From the sequence record NC_048172.1: DNA of 43,264 nucleotides, one strand, 5' to 3'. The translations under genes and the position numbers were made by a program. The stretch is from Escherichia phage Minorna. Every line of letters starts with the position of its first letter. The stretch's first letter is position 1. This document shows, piece after piece, positions 37,710 through 43,264 of the stretch. The notes beneath the pieces were generated by a model. That model ran no database searches. It was not told the origin of the DNA and saw only the letters and a list, made by a program, of their open reading frames with translations.

Positions 37710-39409
37710 TAAGCTGCCTCCTGTTCTGCTTTAGCTTCTTTGTCTTCTTCGGCTTCTTCATTACCGAGGTAGGGCTCATCCAATACGGACGCAGCATACT
37801 CCGTGAGAATCATACCGTGCACGGGGTGCTCTTCGGCATGCACACTCAGAACATTGTACCCTTGTACGCACACCATTGGCTCTTCATCATGCACTGTACC
37901 CTCTACAGCACAATGTTCTACGTCCCGGTCAAGTACCCAAGAGTCGTGGTAGTCAGACCATGAGCAATCCCATGATGGGTACACTACGCTGCGGCCCACT
38001 ACCTGTACGTAAGTATCACCGATGCAGTGCGGGCATACATAACCACCGTCACAAGCTACGTACATGTCATCCTCGTCGAAGCGTCCCCCGCACTCTACAC
38101 AAGCGCTGCGACCATCATCAATCCAAATGTACCCATCAGCGTCCTGCGCTTCGTAGTCGTAACAGTCGCAGATACAGAATGCATCCCCGCCCAATTCATC
38201 CACCCCGTCTTGGTTCCCATCCAAGTACGGCATAAGCACGGCACCGTCATGCTCTGGGTGCGGGATACGCGCCAGCGTTGCACCATCTAAGCAGTCTGTA
38301 TCTAGCTCATACCCATTAGCACGTAGAATGGCGTCCGCAGCATCCCCGTATGCACGGACGTATTCATTGGTTTCGATGTTAACGATAGCGCGGGCGTGCA
38401 CTTTAAAATCATCGCCAAAAAGTTCACCAGTATACTGGATGAACAAGCGCAGCCCATTATCCGGCAAGCCGTGACTAGTCGTGGCATATACACGCACCGG
38501 GCTAGCCTCGAAGTCGTATCCGGTCATGCAGCTACGAGGACCATTCTCGTATGCGTAGTACCACTCCCGTTCGGTCTTACAAAGATATGTAGTAGGCTCC
38601 ACGTTCATAGCTTTGAGGTCTTCAATACATTCCCGGAAGTCTACACCGCCTCCGTAATAATTAGCGAGCAACTTGCCTGCCCGCATCTCTACACAGCGAT
38701 ACTCAGTAACAGCGGCGTAGTCTTTGTGTAATCGCGGCTGCCCCAGCATTACTACAGGCTCACCGTTGCGGAAGCCAAAACCTAGAGGGATTGCAAATCT
38801 AGACACTACAAATCCGTGCAACTGCATAAGCAAGGTTGCTGCCCAAGAGTCCCCATCATACACACTGTACCCACGAAGGTATTTGGCCCGGAGGGAGTGA
38901 GTAGGTGCTAGCATAATCTCTTCGAACAACTCTATAGCCTGTTTGTGCACCTTGTATCCGGTAAAGTATTGGACCGCTTCTACTACACGCTCTGTAACTA
39001 CATCAGGGCCATCATAGAAGGTTCTGCTAGATAAACCGAATGCTTGGTCGCAGGTACCTGCACAGTCAAAGAGCTTATACAGGAGAGTGTCACTAATATC
39101 AACCGTGCCCAGCGGCCCAACATACCCACCCAAATCCTCTCCTGCAGCTGTAAAGTTGCCGAGTGCTACAATATACCCCGGCAGCACCCTTGAAAACATA
39201 TAAAAGCCATTCAAAAGCGCACGGGTTTTGTTACTTTGCACGCGCGCACGGCCTTGAGTTGATAGGCAGGGAAGTTGGCACCAGTAATCCCCGGAAGAGT
39301 ACATACTATCCTTCAGTGGGAGAGCATTGGCCCCTTCTGGAAATTTGATGGTCCAACTCTCATAGGCAGGTACTTTTACGTCTACGGTTACTTTGTTAGT
39401 CTCTTGCAT
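37709..39409 (-). CDS. large early hypothetical protein, acidic with Cys-rich C-terminal region (566 aa)
   Basis: Largest early ORF; start set to ATG 39409 (GGAGA about 8 nt upstream) because the track ORF to 39703 overlaps the upstream gene by about 250 nt; C-terminal region has CxC and CxxC clusters (CICDC..CVECGG..CPHC) in a strongly acidic context; Glu/Ala-rich tail. Confidence 0.55.
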   Translation of the reverse strand: MQETNKVTVDVKVPAYESWTIKFPEGANALPLKDSMYSSGDYWCQLPCLSTQGRARVQSNKTRALLNGFYMFSRVLPGYIVALGNFTAAGEDLGGYVGPLGTVDISDTLLYKLFDCAGTCDQAFGLSSRTFYDGPDVVTERVVEAVQYFTGYKVHKQAIELFEEIMLAPTHSLRAKYLRGYSVYDGDSWAATLLMQLHGFVVSRFAIPLGFGFRNGEPVVMLGQPRLHKDYAAVTEYRCVEMRAGKLLANYYGGGVDFRECIEDLKAMNVEPTTYLCKTEREWYYAYENGPRSCMTGYDFEASPVRVYATTSHGLPDNGLRLFIQYTGELFGDDFKVHARAIVNIETNEYVRAYGDAADAILRANGYELDTDCLDGATLARIPHPEHDGAVLMPYLDGNQDGVDELGGDAFCICDCYDYEAQDADGYIWIDDGRSACVECGGRFDEDDMYVACDGGYVCPHCIGDTYVQVVGRSVVYPSWDCSWSDYHDSWVLDRDVEHCAVEGTVHDEEPMVCVQGYNVLSVHAEEHPVHGMILTEYAASVLDEPYLGNEEAEEDKEAKAEQEAA

Positions 39410-39455
39410 TTTCTTTGTCTCCGGTGTTAATAGTATCTCATCATGTATTAAAAGT

Positions 39456-39800
39456 TCAGCGCGCATACCACGCAGAGAGCTGTCGCTGCTTATAGTATGA
39501 GCGCACAGCCGCCCTAAATCTTGTATACGCTCCACGATACCCATACCGTAGCAGTGCTGCGACCACATCGAACGCAATGTGCTCTTGCAATCTGCGCGCG
39601 GCAGACTCTGTATACTCTCGATAGGTTGTGAGAACAGTGCCAGTACCCTCTTTTCTAACGCGGAGTAATCGACGCTCAACTGGTACGATTTGCTTGAGTT
39701 CATTAGGAACCTCTTTGAATGTTTCCCAAGTGCAGCCGCACTTGCCTTGTGTTTCCAGCAAGCGCCAACACAGTAGCGCTGTTTCGTCTACTGTGAGCAT
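39456..39800 (-). CDS. hypothetical early protein (114 aa)
   Basis: Arg-rich small ORF in the early array. Confidence 0.5.
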   Translation of the reverse strand: MLTVDETALLCWRLLETQGKCGCTWETFKEVPNELKQIVPVERRLLRVRKEGTGTVLTTYREYTESAARRLQEHIAFDVVAALLRYGYRGAYTRFRAAVRSYYKQRQLSAWYAR

Positions 39801-39802
39801 AT

Positions 39803-40006
39803 TTAATCCTTGAATACTACGTTGCGGGCCACGAGGGTAATCCCACTACCAGCTACTACATCGCCAACTGTGGCATGTGCCTGCATCCACCCACCATACA
39901 CTTTGAGGTATAACTCGGCGGGTTTGTGCAGCGCGTTATGCAGTTGCACTCGGTACAGTACCCCGTACTGACTCTTGTACAAGTCATACTTAACTAGTTC
40001 ATTCAT
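39803..40006 (-). CDS. hypothetical early protein (67 aa)
   Basis: ATG overlaps the upstream stop in an ATGA arrangement. Confidence 0.45.
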   Translation of the reverse strand: MNELVKYDLYKSQYGVLYRVQLHNALHKPAELYLKVYGGWMQAHATVGDVVAGSGITLVARNVVFKD

Positions 40007-40182
40007 ATTACACCTCGCACATTAAAACGTTGACAGTAACCGCGCAGGGTCATACCCAGCCGCTTTGCTTGTTTCTCATAGTGCTGGCGCAGCGCTGCTT
40101 TTGCGGTGTACTCCCGCGCCAGTCCGTCGATTGTTGGTTGCTGCTTACGCATCAGCAGCACCTCAGGATTCTTTCCGTACAT
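40003..40182 (-). CDS. small early ORF (59 aa), absent from the ORF track
   Basis: ATG 40182 with GAGGT 6 nt upstream; stop overlaps the next start; fills an otherwise unexplained 180-nt gap in a tightly packed array. Confidence 0.3.
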   Translation of the reverse strand: MYGKNPEVLLMRKQQPTIDGLAREYTAKAALRQHYEKQAKRLGMTLRGYCQRFNVRGVI

Positions 40183-40189
40183 CTTTACC

Positions 40190-40453
40190 TCAAATATCGT
40201 TGTTGCTTACACCGTCCACGGTCAGAGTTACAGCGATGTTGGGTTCTTGCTCTCGCACCGCCTTAAGTAGGCGAATACCTAACGCCTTGCAACCTCCCTC
40301 TGGATTCTCAAAGAGGTCATACTCAGGGCGCGGTTGCTGCTCTTGATGCTGCCCTTGTTGAACGTGTACAGTGCAATAGGGCACTGGGTTATTCACGTCG
40401 TTGCCTAGCACCAGCATGGCGCTGGTAACAATGATGTTGACAATACTAGTCAT
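40190..40453 (-). CDS. hypothetical early protein (about 87 aa)
   Basis: Start set to ATG 40453 (GGAGA 7 nt upstream); track ORF extends to 40483 and would overlap the upstream gene. Confidence 0.45.
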   Translation of the reverse strand: MTSIVNIIVTSAMLVLGNDVNNPVPYCTVHVQQGQHQEQQPRPEYDLFENPEGGCKALGIRLLKAVREQEPNIAVTLTVDGVSNNDI

Positions 40454-40667
40454 AAAGTTGTCTCCAGTCGGTAACAATACCAAGATTCACGGCGTCCAGC
40501 AAAGTACGCGCCGCCATTTCGGTGCAAGTATCTACGAGATCTAAAGGGGATTCCTGATTGGTGTCGCGGTCAGAGAATATCATTACAGTGTAGTTGTACT
40601 CTGTATGCACTTGATTGCACCATATGGGCCAGAGTACATGCCCCGGATAGATTAGCTTTGCTTTCAT
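40446..40667 (-). CDS. hypothetical early protein (73 aa)
   Basis: ATG preceded by GAGGT and by the conserved dyad element 24 nt upstream. Confidence 0.5.
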   Translation of the reverse strand: MKAKLIYPGHVLWPIWCNQVHTEYNYTVMIFSDRDTNQESPLDLVDTCTEMAARTLLDAVNLGIVTDWRQLYD

Positions 40668-40690
40668 TTGAAACCTCGTTGTTAACGGTA

Positions 40691-40720
40691 TTCACATAGC
40701 GCCCCGCAGGACGCTATAGG
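40691..40720 (-). promoter_or_regulatory. conserved dyad element, copy 1 (atagcg-N10-cgctat)
   Basis: Plus strand ttcacatagcgccccgcaggacgctatagg; 26 of 30 nt identical to copy 2, with a compensatory pair change in the stem; lies in a 188-nt intergenic gap; a perfect TATAAT (minus strand, 40732-40727) sits just upstream. Confidence 0.5.
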
Positions 40721-40855
40721 CTTACCATTATACGTATTCTCCCAATCCCTCATAGTGCCACCTGTTATGGCGGCCTCGGGTTGGCACATCAAAGGCGTCA
40801 GAGTCGTTAGCTGCCGGAATCAGTGCTCACCACTTGATAGCTTGAATCTTATAAA

Positions 40856-41431
40856 TCATGCCGCTACCTTCAAAGTTGCATCCAGCACAGCGCGTACATC
40901 CACGCCCTGACTGATAAGCATAGATACCAAATCAGAGTCGCTCACCCCAGTTTCTTTAGCCTTCTTGATAGCGTTTTTAACGCGCCCCAGAGCTTGCAGA
41001 CGCACTGCATCGGCATCAAGGGCATCATTCTTCACCTGCTCTGCTTCGGCGTTGTACAGGGCCATACAAGCGCTATAGAAGCTGGCCACAATCACTTCAC
41101 GGCCTTGCTTGTCAGCTTGTTTATAGTCCAAACGCATAGTGTCCAGTTCAATGCCCAGCTTTTCAGCCGACGCATAGCACTTTTTAGCGTGGAATTCGTA
41201 CTTGCCCGATTCCTTGTTGAACTTGATAGGCAGCAGTGTACGCAGCACCATATCGAAATCGGCGGCATCACTGCGCTGCATATCCGTCGCCCAAGAAACG
41301 TTGCTACTAATCAGGCCGTGGAACAGAGCGCTGATAGTAATATTGCGTTTTGCTTCCACTACATCGCCCAGCGCCTTGCGAATGCTGCCAGCAGCGGTTA
41401 ATTTGAATACTCTACCAGTTGAATGAGTCAT
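40856..41431 (-). CDS. hypothetical early protein (191 aa)
   Basis: Second gene of the early region; GAGGT 5 nt upstream of the ATG; no recognisable motif. Confidence 0.55.
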   Translation of the reverse strand: MTHSTGRVFKLTAAGSIRKALGDVVEAKRNITISALFHGLISSNVSWATDMQRSDAADFDMVLRTLLPIKFNKESGKYEFHAKKCYASAEKLGIELDTMRLDYKQADKQGREVIVASFYSACMALYNAEAEQVKNDALDADAVRLQALGRVKNAIKKAKETGVSDSDLVSMLISQGVDVRAVLDATLKVAA

Positions 41432-41466
41432 GATGCACCTCTTTGATTGGTTGTTTAGGTAATTAC

Positions 41467-41496
41467 TTCACATAGCACCCCATAGGATGCTATAGG
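41467..41496 (-). promoter_or_regulatory. conserved dyad element, copy 2 (atagca-N10-tgctat)
   Basis: Plus strand ttcacatagcaccccataggatgctatagg; relative to copy 1 the stem changes G/C to A/T at paired positions; 36 nt upstream of the ATG at 41431. Confidence 0.5.
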
Positions 41497-41502
41497 CTGT
41501 AA

Positions 41503-41718
41503 TTAGCGTCCGAACTGCCCAGCAGTATACCAGCCTTGTGGCACCTTGCTACTTCCCCTTGTTTTGGTCTTACCGCGTACATTCGTACTAAACGTCGCAG
41601 ATTGCTTCATCCGCATATACCCAGCACGATTCAGCGCATCCCGGCGTTTTCTCAATTCAGGACCGGATAACTTCTCGAGTCCAGCGAACTGTTGTGCTAA
41701 CTTCTCACGATATTTCAT
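41503..41718 (-). CDS. first early gene, small basic protein (71 aa)
   Basis: ATG 41718 preceded by GAGGAGG; the track ORF (41733) begins at an in-frame TTG lying inside the SD, so it is over-extended. Confidence 0.5.
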   Translation of the reverse strand: MKYREKLAQQFAGLEKLSGPELRKRRDALNRAGYMRMKQSATFSTNVRGKTKTRGSSKVPQGWYTAGQFGR

Positions 41719-42266
41719 TGTGTACCTCCTCAAAGTTAATGATTAACGCCCTAGCAGTATTTAGCAGGACGCTAATTCTTAACCTTGTTGCCCACTGCAC
41801 TACCGTGGAACCTGTGGTTCAGGTCTCGGCGCTATTCTTTTAAGGGGCAGCGCCTCAGCGCCCCAGCCGTTTGTCATCTCGGCCCTTGATGTTACTTCTG
41901 AACTGCACTGATTATCTAGGATTGGTCGTCATCGTACCAGTCAAGGTACTGGGCCTCCCCGCAAATCAGCTTACTACGCCTTGCTTGCTTACTAAGTTAC
42001 TGCTTATCGCTCAGCTTGTCAATCACTTTCTTTCGTTCGGTCATCCGGTGCTTCATACGCCACCGGCAGCTACTGCGTGGGCTTTCCCTCCCTCCCGAAC
42101 TACTTTGATTTGTTTACCGTGTCCGCATACTCCGGTAAACGGTGCTTTCCCTAGCGGGTATCCGGCAGGCTTCGCGGTTCCTATCCGTTCCCCCTTTGGC
42201 GCGTCCTTGTATCACTCCCCGCCGTGTCGCGCCTTCCGTTGCGCCTCCTCCGTATTGCTTGGATTC

Positions 42267-42295
42267 AATCTAGCCTATGTTCTTCGCGGTGTCAA
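42267..42295 (-). promoter_or_regulatory. candidate sigma70-type early promoter (TTGACA-N17-TAGATT on the minus strand)
   Basis: Plus-strand tgtcaa at 42290-42295 and aatcta at 42267-42272; correctly oriented and spaced for minus-strand transcription toward the early genes. By-eye hexamer match only. Confidence 0.25.
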
Positions 42296-42499
42296 CCCTT
42301 TTTGTTGAGTATATAACCCTTCACACTATCTAGCCTTAATCCGGCGGAGTCTCCCGACTCTGCCCCGTTCAGCGCCTCAGCGCCTCCCGGTGATTGAACT
42401 ATAGCGCCAATAAACCAAAGGAAGCAAGCACTTTTTTAAACTTTTTATCACTAGGAGCAAAAAGGGTAAGCAGGGCAATGATTTAGCCAATGCCTCCAT

Positions 42500-42549
42500 T
42501 CTAGGGATAGCTCTAGGGATAGCCCAATACTAGCCAATACTAACTAATA
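42500..42549. repeat. tandem 12-mer tctagggatagc x2 followed by ccaatacta(g/a)-type tandem units
   Basis: Plus strand tctagggatagctctagggatagc then ccaatactagccaatactaactaatac. Confidence 0.85.
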
Positions 42550-42771
42550 CCATTTAACGCTACACAAAGCAGAGCGCAGTGACGTAACGGGAGTGGAGTC
42601 ACGGAGCGATGCGGTGACTGTGTAGGTAATGCTTACTCCCTACGGTCGTAATATAGGGCATTACTAGGGGATACTAGTGAATAGTAGTAAGTAGTATGTA
42701 TCTAGTGCCCTAAAACCCTCCTACTCGTGTAACATCATTTCTAAATAGCTTTCGAATGAAAGTAAGGGGAA

Positions 42772-42792
42772 AGGGATAGCTCTAGGGATAGC
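42772..42792. repeat. second copy of the gggatagc-tctagggatagc repeat
   Basis: Plus strand agggatagctctagggatagc, about 270 nt from the first copy. Confidence 0.85.
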
Positions 42793-42879
42793 AAAGGATA
42801 ACGCTAGGTGGCGGATAGTGGAAGTGCGCCCTAGTGGGGAGCGCGCAGCGTAGCATATAATCGGCACAATGTAAAGCAC

Positions 42880-42913
42880 TAGAGATAACCCTAGAGATAG
42901 CTCTAGAGATAGC
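42880..42913. repeat. variant repeat ctagagataaccctagagatagctctagagatagc
   Basis: Same CTAG-(G/A)GATA(G/A)C unit family with G to A variants; agagataaccctag recurs at 43051-43064. Confidence 0.85.
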
Positions 42914-43050
42914 ATATAGACGCACTAGCAGCGCACTGGGCGGCCCACTCGGCACATACTATGGCCCACTACTGGCCCACTGGGCGGCCCGCTAGAGGTC
43001 CGCAAAATAAGCAAGGCAGAGCGCACCTCTACGCCCCACAGAGAGCACGC

Positions 43051-43091
43051 AGAGATAACCCTAGTGCCCCTCAGTGCCTCCCTAGTGCCTC
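43051..43091. repeat. tandem ccctagtgcc-like units
   Basis: Plus strand agagataaccctagtgcccctcagtgcctccctagtgcctc. Confidence 0.8.
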
Positions 43092-43187
43092 TACGAGAGG
43101 CGCATAGTGATAGGCATAGGGTTACCCTAGTGATAGCCATTAAGGCGCGCAGGGAGCTTCTGCGGCCCTCCTAGAGCGCCCTCAGCT

Positions 43188-43211
43188 GGCCATCTAGACG
43201 TCTAGACGGCC
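43188..43211. repeat. 24-bp near-perfect palindrome (ggccatctagacgtctagacggcc) at the extreme end
   Basis: Perfect 12-bp core ctagacgtctag at 43194-43205; one mismatch in the outer arms; immediately followed by a C13 homopolymer (43210-43222) and a ccccc-tat-gggggg inverted repeat (43241-43254). Confidence 0.85.
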
Positions 43212-43264
43212 CCCCCCCCCCCTCCTTTATACGCTAGGCACCCCCTATGGGGGGCAATTGGGCG

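Noticed and set aside
39410-39703. N-terminal 98-codon extension of the 664-aa track ORF
   Set aside because: It overlaps the upstream 114-aa gene by about 250 nt; an internal ATG at 39409 has a proper SD and lies just downstream of that gene's stop.
3516-40346. Many plus-strand ORFs from the six-frame track (for example 8464-9006, 17856-18389, 30957-31526, 25107-25526)
   Set aside because: All lie antisense within confidently assigned minus-strand genes, lack SD sequences and give low-complexity translations; typical shadow ORFs of a GC-richer genome.
41871-42308. 145-aa plus-strand ORF in the leader region
   Set aside because: Opposite strand to every supported gene, no SD, low-complexity Pro/Leu-rich translation; lies in the repeat-rich promoter region.
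42480-43140. CRISPR array suggested by repeated ctagggatagc-like units
   Set aside because: Repeat units are 11-12 nt, irregularly spaced, with variant copies and no uniform spacers; no cas genes; the location is a phage terminus.
42721-43140. Two minus-strand ORFs (64 and 71 aa) in the terminal repeat region
   Set aside because: They span tandem repeats and palindromes, have no SD, and give Arg/Leu/Ser-rich low-complexity translations; likely chance ORFs in non-coding DNA.

Overview
The window looks like a near-complete genome of a T7-like podophage (Autographiviridae-type), given in reverse-complement orientation. Every credible gene is on the minus strand, read from about 41.7 kb down to 0.16 kb in the order: small early genes; DNA metabolism (TOPRIM primase, DnaB-like helicase, family A DNA polymerase, HNH endonuclease, metallophosphoesterase, 5'-3' exonuclease, endonuclease VII, HAD phosphatase, MazG-like protein); single-subunit RNA polymerase placed mid-genome (phiKMV-like rather than T7-like placement); structural module (portal, scaffold, major capsid, tail tubular A/B, internal virion proteins, fiber adaptor, two small fiber-like paralogs); terminase small and large subunits; lysis cassette (unimolecular spanin, pinholin-like protein, SAR endolysin); and a terminal tailspike/depolymerase. 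The last ~1.5 kb (41.7-43.3 kb) is non-coding and repeat-rich and is probably the genomic left end. No integrase, repressor, tRNA or CRISPR array was seen, so this appears to be a virulent phage. The layout resembles what I recall of KP34-like (Drulisvirus-type) Klebsiella phages, but that is unverified recollection, not a search result. Main points of interest: (1) a conserved ~30-nt dyad element with a compensatory base change upstream of several early/middle genes; (2) a 23-nt near-identical palindrome-containing motif embedded in two unrelated genes; (3) an early-region pair of a metallopeptidase-like protein and a large acidic Cys-rich protein; (4) the repeat-rich terminus; (5) an unusual lysis cassette. 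All calls are from reading the sequence and ORF translations by eye; no homology search or computation was run. Several track ORF starts appear over-extended (the track seems to allow non-ATG starts), so some starts are re-set to ATGs with Shine-Dalgarno support.
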